A stretch of DNA of 64,000 bases from an uncultured Bacilli bacterium (GCA_934098435.1 CAKOOV010000004.1:26096-90095); one strand, 5' to 3'; positions 12,843-22,742 are shown, numbered from the stretch's first letter. Made by a program: numbers and translations. The notes: generated by a model from the sequence alone, not told the origin.

Positions 12843-12896
12843 CATAGCATAGACTTTGGGCTATGCTATGTCTCTTAAGACCTTAGGCTTAAGAGG
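12843..12896 (+). repeat. Tandem hairpin pair, locus 2
   Basis: catagcatag-ACTTTGGG-ctatgctatg (12843-12870) and tctcttaag-ACCTTAGG-cttaagagg (12871-12896). It begins 4 nt from the lon stop. Confidence 0.8.
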
Positions 12897-12899
12897 ATG

Positions 12900-15194
12900 T
12901 TACTTAAATAAGCTTTTATATATATCTTCATAATCCTCTACTAAAATAATATTTAATCTATCTTTTACTTCACTAGGAAGAGATGATATTTCTTTTGAAG
13001 ATTCAAGTGGTAAATATACTGTGTCTATACCATTAGTAACAGCAGATATCAATTTTTCTTTTAAGCCCCCTACGGGAAGTACTTTGCCACGAAGGGTTAT
13101 TTCTCCAGTCATTGATACTTTATTACTAATTATCTTATTTTTTAATAGGCTTAATATTGATGTAACTATAGTAATACCTGCAGAAGGTCCATCTTTTGGT
13201 ATGCCACCTTCTTCTAAATGAAAGTGAAAATCTACTTCTTCAAATATTTTATAATCTATTTTAAACATAACACTATTTGCTTTTATATAACTAAGAGCTA
13301 TATATATACTTTCTTTAATTACATCTCCTAAGGCACCAGTTAAAGTAATATTTCCTTTACCTGGATATAAAGTACAAGTAACTTTAAGAATACTACCGCC
13401 ATATGGTGTATATGCTAATCCATTTACTATACCCGTCTTATTATTTTCATCATTCATAGAGTTATTATATTTATATGATCCTAAATATGCTTCAATATCT
13501 CCAGTATCAACAATAACTTTAGTACTCTTTTCTTTAGCTATTATTACTTTTCTAATTACAGCATCTATTTGTCTGTATAGGTCACGAGCTCCTGCTTCTT
13601 TAGTATAAGAAGTTATTATTTTTTCAATAGCATTATCAGTAAACTTAATATTTTTTACTTTATAATCTTCTAGAAGATTAGGAATTAAATGATATTTAGC
13701 TATATTTATTTTTTCATATATGGTATAACTTGATAATTCTATTATTTCTAATCTATCTAATAATGGTGCTGGTATAGCACTAATATTATTTGCAGTTAAA
13801 ATGAATAATACTTTAGATAAATCAAATTCTTCTTCAATATAGTTATCACAAAATTTTGAATTTTGTTCTTTATCTAATATTTCTAATAAAGCTGAAGCTG
13901 GATCTCCTTTATAATCTTTAGTAAGTTTATCTACTTCATCTATTAGAAATAATGGATTATTGGATTTGGATTTTTTCATTTGTTGTATTATTTTACCAGG
14001 AGAAGCTCCTATATATGTCCTTCTATGACCTAATATTTCTGCTTCGTCATTTATACCTCCTAATGATACTTTGACAAAGTCTTTATTTAGGGCTTTAGCT
14101 ATAGAACTTGCAAGAGATGTTTTACCTACTCCAGGAGGACCTACTAAACAAAGAATTGGACTATTAGAGGTATTAGTTTTTTTCTTTACTGCTATATACT
14201 CTACTATTCTTTTTTTTACTGAATCTAATCCAAAATGAGTATTGTCTAGTACTTCTACTATTTTTTTAATATCAGTATTATCTTTTGATTCTTTATTCCA
14301 TGGAAGAGATAGAAGCCAATCTATATATGTTCTAATTGTTGTTACTTCAGGAGATGAAGGACTTGTTAAAGAATATCTTTCTATTTCTTCGTTCAATCTT
14401 TTTATTATATTATCTGGAAGAGACATGGTATTCATTTTAGCTCTTATTTTATTTATATCTTCTTCTTTTAAATCAACTTCTCCTAATTCTTCTTTTATTA
14501 GTCTTATTTTTTCTTTGAGCATATACTCTTTTTGTTCTTCTTCCATACGTATTTTTAAATTATCTTCGATTTGATTTTCTAGTCTTACAGTCTCTATTTC
14601 TTTGGATAAATCCTCTATTATACTTTTTATTCTAAGCATTGGATTTGTCATATTAATATATTTTAATATATCAGTATATTCTAATGGTAATTCTGAAATA
14701 ATAATATCAGATAATTTACTTATATTTTTTACATCATTTATACGTCCTAAAACGGTATTAGACATATATGGAGATACATCTATATATTCATCTAATTTTC
14801 TATATAATATTCTTTTTAAAGCACTTGCTTCTATTTCATTATAATCATATTCTTTAGTAGGTACTACAAAGGCTGATAATGTATTTCCTATTTTAGCATA
14901 ACTAGATATTGATACTCTATCGATACCTATTAATACTACTCTAGTTATTCCATTAGGAAGATCTATCTTAGATTTTATTTTACTTAAGATACCAATTTCA
15001 GGAAGTTCATTTATATCTGGTTCTTCTTCAAGAGGGTCTAAAAGATTTACTAATAATAGATGACTATCATGTTGTTTTTCCGCTAAAGAAAGAACTCTTT
15101 TATCTTCATCATTAGTAAATTCTAATCTTATTTCATTGTAAGGTAATAAGACCATTTTGCGTAAATATAATATAGGTAAATTTGTCTCAACCAT
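12900..15194 (-). CDS. lon: ATP-dependent Lon protease
   Basis: GPPGVGKTS Walker A and protease-domain PKDGPSAGIT. Start moved to ATG 15194 (MVETNLPILYL) behind GGAGGT. Confidence 0.95.
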   Translation of the reverse strand: MVETNLPILYLRKMVLLPYNEIRLEFTNDEDKRVLSLAEKQHDSHLLLVNLLDPLEEEPDINELPEIGILSKIKSKIDLPNGITRVVLIGIDRVSISSYAKIGNTLSAFVVPTKEYDYNEIEASALKRILYRKLDEYIDVSPYMSNTVLGRINDVKNISKLSDIIISELPLEYTDILKYINMTNPMLRIKSIIEDLSKEIETVRLENQIEDNLKIRMEEEQKEYMLKEKIRLIKEELGEVDLKEEDINKIRAKMNTMSLPDNIIKRLNEEIERYSLTSPSSPEVTTIRTYIDWLLSLPWNKESKDNTDIKKIVEVLDNTHFGLDSVKKRIVEYIAVKKKTNTSNSPILCLVGPPGVGKTSLASSIAKALNKDFVKVSLGGINDEAEILGHRRTYIGASPGKIIQQMKKSKSNNPLFLIDEVDKLTKDYKGDPASALLEILDKEQNSKFCDNYIEEEFDLSKVLFILTANNISAIPAPLLDRLEIIELSSYTIYEKINIAKYHLIPNLLEDYKVKNIKFTDNAIEKIITSYTKEAGARDLYRQIDAVIRKVIIAKEKSTKVIVDTGDIEAYLGSYKYNNSMNDENNKTGIVNGLAYTPYGGSILKVTCTLYPGKGNITLTGALGDVIKESIYIALSYIKANSVMFKIDYKIFEEVDFHFHLEEGGIPKDGPSAGITIVTSILSLLKNKIISNKVSMTGEITLRGKVLPVGGLKEKLISAVTNGIDTVYLPLESSKEISSLPSEVKDRLNIILVEDYEDIYKSLFK

Positions 15195-15220
15195 ACCAAA
15201 TACCTCCATATATAATAAAA

Positions 15221-15258
15221 ATGTATCCTTATTTATACAAGATTAAATAAAGATACAT
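15221..15258 (-). promoter_or_regulatory. Terminator-like 15-bp hairpin in the lon 5' leader
   Basis: Minus strand ATGTATCTTTATTTA-atcttgta-TAAATAAGGATACAT followed by TTTTTATT. It lies 8 nt upstream of the lon RBS and downstream of a candidate promoter (TTGATA-16-TGaTATTAT, 15281-15308). Confidence 0.55.
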
Positions 15259-15314
15259 CACTTCCTTTTCTTGATTAAATATAATATCATAAATAAAAAA
15301 TATATCAAGAGTTT

Positions 15315-15343
15315 TTGACATATTTTTTACATTTTGTTATAAT
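15315..15343 (+). promoter_or_regulatory. Consensus sigma-A promoter pointing antisense into 15349..16398
   Basis: The plus strand reads TTGACA, a 17-nt spacer, then TGtTATAAT. Confidence 0.5.
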
Positions 15344-15348
15344 TATTT

Positions 15349-16398
15349 TTATTTATGAAAGTCCATTTTATTGATAATATATTTATCTTCTTTTTTATTA
15401 ATAACTATTTTTCCTAATTTGTATTCAAAATCAGAATTTTTACATGATGATAGATTATCTGTAGTACATTTATTATTCTCTTTTTGATCTGTCTTTTCGG
15501 TAATATATTCATATGCTATATTAACATCTATCCTACTATCAGTTACATTGGCTATTTCAAAGTTATAATTACCTGTATATAACGTTCTATAGCCTTTACC
15601 AGAATAACCTCTACAATAAAGATTTCCATCTATTTCATAATAATTATCATACATTTTAGGATTATTATAATCTGATAATTTTAAGTTTGTATCAATAAGA
15701 CTATTATCCATAAAATCAAGTAAATATTTTTTTAGTTCTTCTAAACTTTTAAATTCTGATTTCCAATATTCTCCTTCAAAAGTACCATTGCCTTCGGTAA
15801 ATTTTATTTTCTTTTCTTCTGTAGTTTTACCGCAATAAGGCATAAGTCTAGTTTTGTCATAGTAATCATTAGCTCTACTAATTAGTTCTGATACTTTTTT
15901 ATAGACATTTGTATCAACAGTTGACTTTTTTATGTATGTTGAACAAACATACCCAGTATAATTATTATCATGCTTTTTATAAGTTACTTTATACCATTTA
16001 TCACAATTGTCTGTTTTATCTAATTCTTCTTCAATAGTTATTTTTTGATAACATGAAAGTCCATCAATAATATCCCCAGTAGTAGAGTTTCGTACATTTA
16101 ATAATGATGTATTATCATCACATGATACGTAACCAATATTTTCCTTTTCTTCTTCTTTATTTATTTGTTCTTTTTTTTCTTCTTTATTTTCAATAGAATT
16201 ATTATTTACATTATTATTTTTTTTATTTATCATTAGATAAACTATTAGTGATATTATGATAATTACTAACAAGAGCAATAAAACATATAATTTTTTTCTA
16301 TTATTATTATTATTATTTATTTTATTTATAGTTTCTTCCTCCTTTATTGAATTATCTTCTTTAAAACTATCTTCTATTTGTTTTTCTATATCATTCAT
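15349..16398 (-). CDS. Membrane-anchored protein with an SH3b-like domain
   Basis: One TM (LYVLLLLLVIIIISLIVYLMI). SH3_3-like LNVRNSTTGDIIDGLSCYQKITIEE...KWYKVTYKK...GYVCSTYI. ATG 16398 sits behind AGGAGG. Confidence 0.7.
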   Translation of the reverse strand: MNDIEKQIEDSFKEDNSIKEEETINKINNNNNNRKKLYVLLLLLVIIIISLIVYLMINKKNNNVNNNSIENKEEKKEQINKEEEKENIGYVSCDDNTSLLNVRNSTTGDIIDGLSCYQKITIEEELDKTDNCDKWYKVTYKKHDNNYTGYVCSTYIKKSTVDTNVYKKVSELISRANDYYDKTRLMPYCGKTTEEKKIKFTEGNGTFEGEYWKSEFKSLEELKKYLLDFMDNSLIDTNLKLSDYNNPKMYDNYYEIDGNLYCRGYSGKGYRTLYTGNYNFEIANVTDSRIDVNIAYEYITEKTDQKENNKCTTDNLSSCKNSDFEYKLGKIVINKKEDKYIINKMDFHK

Positions 16399-16469
16399 AT
16401 AAGGCCTCCTACTAAATATAATATACCACATCTTCTATAAAAAGAATAGTATTTTTATATTTTTAGGAA

Positions 16470-16492
16470 GTAAAAGATACCAGTGGTATCTT
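16470..16492 (-). terminator. Hairpin at the spo0A 3' end
   Basis: AAGATACC-agt-GGTATCTT overlapping the stop; the T-run is short. Confidence 0.55.
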
Positions 16493-17255
16493 ATGCATAT
16501 TGTTTTATATATTCTAACCTTAATTTGTCCGCTACGGTTACAATAAATTCAGAATTAGTTGGCTTAGCTTTATCTATATCGACGCTATGACCAAATATTT
16601 CTTCCATAAGGTCCCAATCGCCTCTATTCCAAGATACTTCTATGGCATGTCTTATAGCTCTTTCTACACGTGATACTGTTGTATCAAATTTTGTAGCTAA
16701 TTCTGGATATAATTCTTTAGTTATTCCCCCTACAATATCAGGATTATCATATACCATAGATATAGCTTCTCGGATATATTGATAGCCTTTTATATGTGAT
16801 GGCATGCCTAGTTCATGAAGCATTTTACTAATAGATATTTGTAAGTTATTACTTAAAATATTTATACTTTTTTTACTACTAGTAGTAAATGTATCTATTA
16901 TTTTATCTTCTAAATCTGGTAAATCAAATGGCTTTAAAATATAATATATAGCTCCAAATTCACTTACTTTCCTTATGGTATCTGGTGCATTATATGATGT
17001 TGCCACGATGATGTTTTTATTTATATTGTTTTCTTTTAAATTTCTAAGAACCGCTATTCCGTCTTTTTTTGGCATTATTAAGTCTAATACTATAAGATCA
17101 TATTCTAATTTTCCTTCTTTGATTATTTTAAGTCCTTCTTCACCATTATGGGCACTACCAACAATATCAATTCTTGGATTATCTTCAAAGTAATCATTAA
17201 CCATTTCTACTAAATTAACATTGTCATCAATCATTAAAACCTTAATTTTTTTCAT
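16491..17255 (-). CDS. spo0A: Sporulation master response regulator Spo0A
   Basis: Receiver domain ([13 protein letters not shown]) plus the Spo0A-specific C-terminal DNA-binding region ([31 protein letters not shown]). Confidence 0.95.
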   Translation of the reverse strand: MKKIKVLMIDDNVNLVEMVNDYFEDNPRIDIVGSAHNGEEGLKIIKEGKLEYDLIVLDLIMPKKDGIAVLRNLKENNINKNIIVATSYNAPDTIRKVSEFGAIYYILKPFDLPDLEDKIIDTFTTSSKKSINILSNNLQISISKMLHELGMPSHIKGYQYIREAISMVYDNPDIVGGITKELYPELATKFDTTVSRVERAIRHAIEVSWNRGDWDLMEEIFGHSVDIDKAKPTNSEFIVTVADKLRLEYIKQYA

Positions 17256-17310
17256 ATTTCTCTTCCTTCTTTCTTACTTTTTCATTATATTACTTCTAAT
17301 AATCAAAACG

Positions 17311-17317
17311 TGTCGAA
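17311..17317 (+). promoter_or_regulatory. 0A-box-like site upstream of spo0A
   Basis: Exact TGTCGAA about 55 nt upstream of the spo0A start codon. Confidence 0.4.
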
Positions 17318-17333
17318 TGATGTCACATAAGAA

Positions 17334-17367
17334 CTAAAAATAGAGAAATATTTAATACTTCTCTATT
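17334..17367 (-). terminator. Intrinsic terminator of tpiA
   Basis: AATAGAGAA-...-TTCTCTATT followed by TTTTT on the minus strand; overlaps the stop. Confidence 0.75.
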
Positions 17368-18067
17368 CTATATTATTAATCATTCTTTCTACTTCTTTTA
17401 CGTTAGATGACATATTACCTATAAGCACTCCATCAACATTATCTATATTTAATATTTCATTAATATTTCCACTATCAACAGAACCACCATATATTATTAT
17501 TGGTTTCTTATTATATTTATCTTGTAAGTACTTAGATGTAAAATTTATTACTTCTTTTATTTTATCGATTCTTGGTAGTGTTCCTGTTCCCACAGCATAA
17601 ATTGGTTCATAAGCAAATACTATAAAGTCAATATTCGTAATGTTTTTTAAGTAAGCACTAAGTAAGTTTGGTATTACTTCTTTATAGTCTTCATCAATAT
17701 CTTCTCCAAAGCATAATATGGGAATAATATTTGAATCTAAGGCCGCTATTAACTTTTCATTAACAATACTCTTATTTTCATTAAATTCCCTAACTCTTTC
17801 ATAATGTCCTATTAATGAATATACAATTCCTAATGATTTTAATTGGTTTGTAGATATTTCTCCTGTATGCTTTTCATCTATACTATAATTAAAGTTTTGT
17901 GCTCCAATAGGCCATACGGAATTATTTATGAAGGCTTCTAGGTAAATATTAGAGGGACAGATAATGATATCATTATCTGTTTCAATTTTGTTGGTCCTAT
18001 CTATATAGTTATATAAATCATCATATAATAGACTCATCTTATGATTAAGTATAATTAGTTTTTTCAT
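17363..18067 (-). CDS. tpiA: Triosephosphate isomerase (short, divergent)
   Basis: LNHKMS (catalytic Lys), IGHYERV (His), AYEPIYAVGTG (Glu), YGGSV. Confidence 0.85.
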   Translation of the reverse strand: MKKLIILNHKMSLLYDDLYNYIDRTNKIETDNDIIICPSNIYLEAFINNSVWPIGAQNFNYSIDEKHTGEISTNQLKSLGIVYSLIGHYERVREFNENKSIVNEKLIAALDSNIIPILCFGEDIDEDYKEVIPNLLSAYLKNITNIDFIVFAYEPIYAVGTGTLPRIDKIKEVINFTSKYLQDKYNKKPIIIYGGSVDSGNINEILNIDNVDGVLIGNMSSNVKEVERMINNIE

Positions 18068-18188
18068 TTTTCGCTCCTATTCTCAATATAACTATTTATA
18101 GGTACATAAATAATTATATCTTAATTATTTTTTTATTATTTTAACTTAGTATCAAATTTGATGTTACTTATATAAAATATTATATTAT

Positions 18189-19370
18189 TTACTCTTCGTT
18201 AACATCATCAATGGCTTCAATACCCACTAAAAAGCCATCTTCCATATATTTAAGAGTGGCTCCCCCACCAGTAGATACATGATAAAAACTATCTTGATAT
18301 CCTAATTTATTAACTGATGAGGCAGTATCTCCTCCTCCTACAAGAGTTTTTATTTTATTTTTGTCTAAATATTTTAGTAATTTATTTGTACCATTTGTGA
18401 AACGATTGTCTTCAAACATTCCCATAGGTCCATTTATTATTACTCTCTTTGCACCGCTAAGATCTTTGTAAAAACTTCTTAATGTTCTATTTCCAATGTC
18501 ATAACCAATATCTTTATTATTAAATTCTTCAATATCTTTTATTATTACTTTATCATCTTCTAATACTGCAAAATCACTTGGTAAATTAATTTTATTAGGA
18601 TATTTTTCTAACATATTCTTAGCAAAGGCTACTTTGTCTTCACTTACAATAGAATTTCCTATATTATATCCTTTAGCTTTTAAGAAAGTAAAAGACATTG
18701 CTCCCCCTATTAGGAGTTTATCACATTTTTCTAATAATCTTTCTATTAAAACTATTTTATCATCTACTTTTTTGCCCCCCATAATAACTATAAATGGATG
18801 AGTATTACTATTTAGAATGTTATTTAATTTTTTTAATTCTTTTTCTACTAAAAAGCCTATTCCACTTGGTAAATATTTTGGTATTCCTGTAACAGAAGCA
18901 TGATTTCTATGACAGCTACCATAGGCGTCATTAATAAATATATCTCCTAGACTAGCCCAATACTTTGCTAAGTTAAGATTGCAGTTTGATTCTTTCTTTC
19001 CTTCTATATCTTCAAAGCGAGTATTTTCCACTAATAAAACTTCACCATTCTTTAAATTGTCAACCATTTCAGTTAATTCCTTACTTTTGGTATCAAAAGA
19101 AAATTTAACTTCACATTTTAGATAGTTAGATAGCATGAAAGCTACAGGATATAAACTATTATCTTTCTTATCTTCAATGGTTTTTACTTTGCCTAAATGA
19201 GATAGTAATATAACTTTAGCATTATGATTTATAGCATATTTTATAGTTCTAATACTAGCTTTTATTCTTGTATCATCTAATATTATTCCATTTTTTATTG
19301 GAACATTCAAATCACATCTAATAATAACTCTCTTATTTTCTAAATTAAAATCCTTTATTGTTTTTTTCAT
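18189..19370 (-). CDS. pgk: Phosphoglycerate kinase
   Basis: RCDLNVP, LSHLGK, GGGDTA and STGGGA motifs. Start moved to ATG 19370 (MKKTIKDF) behind AGAGGT. Confidence 0.95.
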   Translation of the reverse strand: MKKTIKDFNLENKRVIIRCDLNVPIKNGIILDDTRIKASIRTIKYAINHNAKVILLSHLGKVKTIEDKKDNSLYPVAFMLSNYLKCEVKFSFDTKSKELTEMVDNLKNGEVLLVENTRFEDIEGKKESNCNLNLAKYWASLGDIFINDAYGSCHRNHASVTGIPKYLPSGIGFLVEKELKKLNNILNSNTHPFIVIMGGKKVDDKIVLIERLLEKCDKLLIGGAMSFTFLKAKGYNIGNSIVSEDKVAFAKNMLEKYPNKINLPSDFAVLEDDKVIIKDIEEFNNKDIGYDIGNRTLRSFYKDLSGAKRVIINGPMGMFEDNRFTNGTNKLLKYLDKNKIKTLVGGGDTASSVNKLGYQDSFYHVSTGGGATLKYMEDGFLVGIEAIDDVNEE

Positions 19371-19435
19371 AATAGTACCTCTATTTAATTTTATCACAAA
19401 ATGACATTTATTAATAGATATAAATATAAAATTGA

Positions 19436-20509
19436 CTATTTGGTAGTCAATTTTTTTACTTTTTTTACTTCCTCTATGTAGTCATCGTCAATAATATCAT
19501 TTTTATTACTAATTGGATACATAGTCAAAATATTCTTAGTATTTGGTAGTGTTACCACTCTTAAATAGTTTTGATTATTTATACCAATATTTGGATAATA
19601 AATTATATATATATCATTAAATATTAATTTATTAATTTTGTTTTTAGGTGTTAGTTGTTTTTGTATGTCGTTAAATAATTTATATATATCTATATTGGGA
19701 TTAAATATTGTACCATCTGAGCCTAAATCATGACCTTCTAGAATATGATCCAAAGCTACATATTCATCATAATCTAATATTTGGTTTATTGTATAGCCAT
19801 ATTCTATTTCTTCATATGGAATATTAAAATATGTATTAGTTAATTTACTAATATATAATAGTATATAGCTTTTTACTTTTACATTACTTTTATTAACAAG
19901 AGCCGCTAAAGACTGATATTCTCCTGTCTTAAATAGCAACGTAACAAGTAACCTTTCAGCATACCATGCTGTATTCTTTTCTATTTCATTTTTACTATTT
20001 TTATTCTTTTTTATTAGTTGATTAAAATAAGTTTTTGCCTCTTCAATATTTCCTAATTCTGCTTCTAGTCTACCTAATTCCAATAAGGCATGATTTTTGT
20101 CCTTACGATTATCAGCCTTTTTTAATATTTCTACAAAATTCTTTTTAGCCTTATTTTTATCACCATATTTTGATTCTATTATTCCTAATTCTAATAAGGC
20201 ATAATTTCTATCTTTGTCATCATAACTATATTGTAATATTTCATTAAAACATTTTTTAGCCGTAATAATGTCTTTTTCTCTTACTGCTATTTTTCCAAGT
20301 TCTAATAGTGCATAATTTCTATTTCTAGTGTCTAATAGTTCTAAAAGCATTTTTTTACCTTGATTTGTTTCTCCTAAATTGATTAATAATCTTGCATATT
20401 CAAATTTTATTTCATAATCATTTGGATGACCTTTATATAATGCTTTGATGGTATTTATATCTTCTTTTTTTATAGCTTCATTTAACATAGAACGCATATA
20501 ATTTTTCAT
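19436..20509 (-). CDS. TPR-repeat protein with an uncharacterised C-terminal domain
   Basis: Repeated RNYALLELGKIA..A.K.F.EIL units, about five copies. Confidence 0.7.
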   Translation of the reverse strand: MKNYMRSMLNEAIKKEDINTIKALYKGHPNDYEIKFEYARLLINLGETNQGKKMLLELLDTRNRNYALLELGKIAVREKDIITAKKCFNEILQYSYDDKDRNYALLELGIIESKYGDKNKAKKNFVEILKKADNRKDKNHALLELGRLEAELGNIEEAKTYFNQLIKKNKNSKNEIEKNTAWYAERLLVTLLFKTGEYQSLAALVNKSNVKVKSYILLYISKLTNTYFNIPYEEIEYGYTINQILDYDEYVALDHILEGHDLGSDGTIFNPNIDIYKLFNDIQKQLTPKNKINKLIFNDIYIIYYPNIGINNQNYLRVVTLPNTKNILTMYPISNKNDIIDDDYIEEVKKVKKLTTK

Positions 20510-20622
20510 AATTAATTCCTCTTTCTTTTTATACCTTTGCGGTTTCCATGTATTTTAGCACAAAATTATATTTTTGGCAAATATTTCTTTGTTTTTATTA
20601 ATAATATATATTGAGGGATAAT

Positions 20623-21543
20623 ATGAAAAATATAATAGAATACTACTATAATATAAGAATAGATGAATTATATAATAAAAAAGATTATTATTTTTTTGAT
20701 ATAAATGGTAGCTATTATATATTTAAACCTTATAGTAGTTCTTTAGAAAGAAGTAATGATATTTATAATATTAATATGTTTTTAAATAATATGATTAAGA
20801 TGGATAATATTATACTAAATCGATATAATGAACCCACTACTAATATTAATAATATTAATTATATATTGGTTAGAAGAAATGATAAATATCCTTTATCATT
20901 AATAAATATAGCTAATATGGCTAATATGAATAATATGTATTTATTAAATATGCATAACTTGGAGAGAAATAATTGGGAAATACTATGGAGTAATATGATT
21001 GATTATTATGAAGAACAAATTGGGGAAAACTCTAAGAAATACCCTTTGATTAGAGAATCAATTGATTATTATATTGGACTTACAGAAAATGCTATTTCAT
21101 ATGTTGTAAATACTAAAAATAATATACATAAAGAAGTTAGTGATATGATGGTTTTATCACATAGTACTTTAGAAAAAGGTTTGAATGATCCTGAGAATAT
21201 TATATTGGATCACAAAGCTAGAGATGTAGCTGAATATATTAAATGGTCTTTTTTTAATAATAATGAAAATATTTTTAATGAGCTTGATGAATATTTTAAA
21301 TATAATTACTATTCTTTTTATGGAATACAAATTCTTTTTGGAAGAATTCTTTATCCTAGTTTTTATTTTAATGTTTATGATAAAATTATAAGTAGGAAGA
21401 TAGATGAAAAGGAACTTAATATAATTATAAGTAAGAATAAAGAATATGAATACTACTTATATCAAGTTTATTTATATTTAAATAAATATTATAATTTAGA
21501 TGCACCTGAATGGATAAAAAAACAAGGAACTAATCCTCGTTAA
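20623..21543 (+). CDS. YutH/CotS-like spore-coat-kinase-fold protein (tentative)
   Basis: N-terminal IIEYYYNIRIDEL..DYYFFDINGSYYIFKP resembles the CotS/YutH family. It neighbours a yutI-like NifU gene as in Bacillus. No clear catalytic HxD seen. ATG 20623 sits behind GAGG. Confidence 0.4.
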   Translation: MKNIIEYYYNIRIDELYNKKDYYFFDINGSYYIFKPYSSSLERSNDIYNINMFLNNMIKMDNIILNRYNEPTTNINNINYILVRRNDKYPLSLINIANMANMNNMYLLNMHNLERNNWEILWSNMIDYYEEQIGENSKKYPLIRESIDYYIGLTENAISYVVNTKNNIHKEVSDMMVLSHSTLEKGLNDPENIILDHKARDVAEYIKWSFFNNNENIFNELDEYFKYNYYSFYGIQILFGRILYPSFYFNVYDKIISRKIDEKELNIIISKNKEYEYYLYQVYLYLNKYYNLDAPEWIKKQGTNPR

Positions 21544-21766
21544 TTACTTTTATAACTTCAGGTATTTCATTAATTAATGCGGTTTCTATACCATCCCCTA
21601 AGGTTGTATCTGCAAGTGGGCATCCACGGCAAGCCCCTATTAAAGTTACATAAACTACACCATTTTCAAAACGATTGAATTTAACGGAACCACCATCATT
21701 TTCTAAATATGGCCTTATTTTATCTAATACTTCATTTATTTTTTTTACTATTTTTTCATTTTCCAT
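21530..21766 (-). CDS. NifU-like Fe-S cluster protein (YutI type)
   Basis: IRPYLENDGGSV and GACRGCPLADTTL (CxxC) motifs. Confidence 0.9.
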   Translation of the reverse strand: MENEKIVKKINEVLDKIRPYLENDGGSVKFNRFENGVVYVTLIGACRGCPLADTTLGDGIETALINEIPEVIKVINED

Positions 21767-21870
21767 TTTTCATCACCTATAGTTATTATATATTTTTTTT
21801 ATTAAAAGTACAATAAATATATACTAAAAAACATAAAAAAGTGGTATAATAGCACCAGTGAGGAAATAAT

Positions 21871-22227
21871 ATGGAAAAAGTTAAAAAAGAAGACATTATC
21901 AAAGTAACTGTTACTGGTGTACAAAAGTATGGGGCTTTTGCTCAATCTGATGAATACGATGGTCTTATTCATATCTCAGAAATATCTTACGGATATGTAA
22001 AAAGTGTTAATGATTATTTAAAAGTTGGAGATAAAATATATGCCGAAGTCGTTGATGTTGATGATAACGATAATCATTTGAAACTTAGTATTAAAGATAT
22101 AGATTATAAAAAAGATGGCCAAAGACTTAAAAGAATGGCTGAAACTAAGAATGGTTTTAAGCCTCTTAAAGACAATCTTGATATGTGGATAAATGAAAAA
22201 ATTAAAGAAATAACTGATAAGATGTAA
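21871..22227 (+). CDS. S1 RNA-binding domain protein (YugI/GSP13-like)
   Basis: S1 fold signature VTVTGVQKYGAFAQ...GLIHISEIS..YVK...D.LKVGD. Confidence 0.85.
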   Translation: MEKVKKEDIIKVTVTGVQKYGAFAQSDEYDGLIHISEISYGYVKSVNDYLKVGDKIYAEVVDVDDNDNHLKLSIKDIDYKKDGQRLKRMAETKNGFKPLKDNLDMWINEKIKEITDKM

Positions 22228-22255
22228 AAAATAAAAAAAATATTAACTAAATCTC

Positions 22256-22285
22256 TTGACAAAGTATACTAATAAATGGTATATT
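22256..22285 (+). promoter_or_regulatory. Promoter of tRNA island 1
   Basis: TTGACA, an 18-nt spacer, then TGgTATATT, about 22 nt upstream of the first tRNA. Confidence 0.7.
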
Positions 22286-22307
22286 ATTGAGTGTCCAGAG
22301 ATAATAT

Positions 22308-22384
22308 GGGCGATTAGCTCAGTTGGTTAGAGCACTTGCCTTACAAGCAAGGGGTCATAGGTTCGAGTCCTATATCGCCCACCA
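22308..22384 (+). tRNA. tRNA-Val (anticodon TAC), CCA encoded
   Basis: Cloverleaf read by hand: acceptor GGGCGAT/ATCGCCC, anticodon stem CTTGC/GCAAG, loop CTTACAA, GGTTCGAGTCC T-arm. Confidence 0.95.
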
Positions 22385-22391
22385 TTTTTTT

Positions 22392-22467
<76 letters not shown>

Positions 22468-22474
22468 TTTTTTT

Positions 22475-22558
22475 GGAGGGATAGCGAAGTGGTCAAACGC
22501 GGCAGACTGTAAATCTGTTCCTTCGGGTTCCATGGTTCAAATCCATGTCCCTCCACCA
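22475..22558 (+). tRNA. tRNA-Tyr (anticodon GTA), long variable arm, CCA encoded
   Basis: Acceptor GGAGGGA/TCCCTCC, anticodon loop CTGTAAA, variable arm TCCTTCGGGTTC. Confidence 0.95.
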
Positions 22559-22570
22559 CTTTTTGGTTAT

Positions 22571-22645
22571 TGCCTCGTAGCCAAGCGGTAAGGCACCACA
22601 CTTTGACTGTGGCATTCGTAAGTTCGAATCTTGCCGAGGCAACCA
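22571..22645 (+). tRNA. tRNA-Gln (anticodon TTG), CCA encoded
   Basis: Acceptor TGCCTCG/CGAGGCA, anticodon loop CTTTGAC. Confidence 0.93.
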
Positions 22646-22654
22646 TTCTATTTT

Positions 22655-22730
22655 GCTTCGTTAGCTCAGTTGGTAGAGCATTTGACTTTTAATCAAAGGG
22701 TCTGGAGTTCGAATCTCCAACGAGGCACCA
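22655..22730 (+). tRNA. tRNA-Lys (anticodon TTT), CCA encoded
   Basis: Acceptor GCTTCGT/ACGAGGC, anticodon loop CTTTTAA. Confidence 0.95.
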
Positions 22731-22742
22731 TATTTAAAAACT

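Noticed and set aside
17363-19370. pgk-tpiA without an adjacent gap/gpmI/eno, as evidence of an unusual glycolytic operon
   Set aside because: The gene order of glycolytic clusters varies widely among Firmicutes. Both enzymes retain catalytic residues, and nothing can be concluded from a single window.
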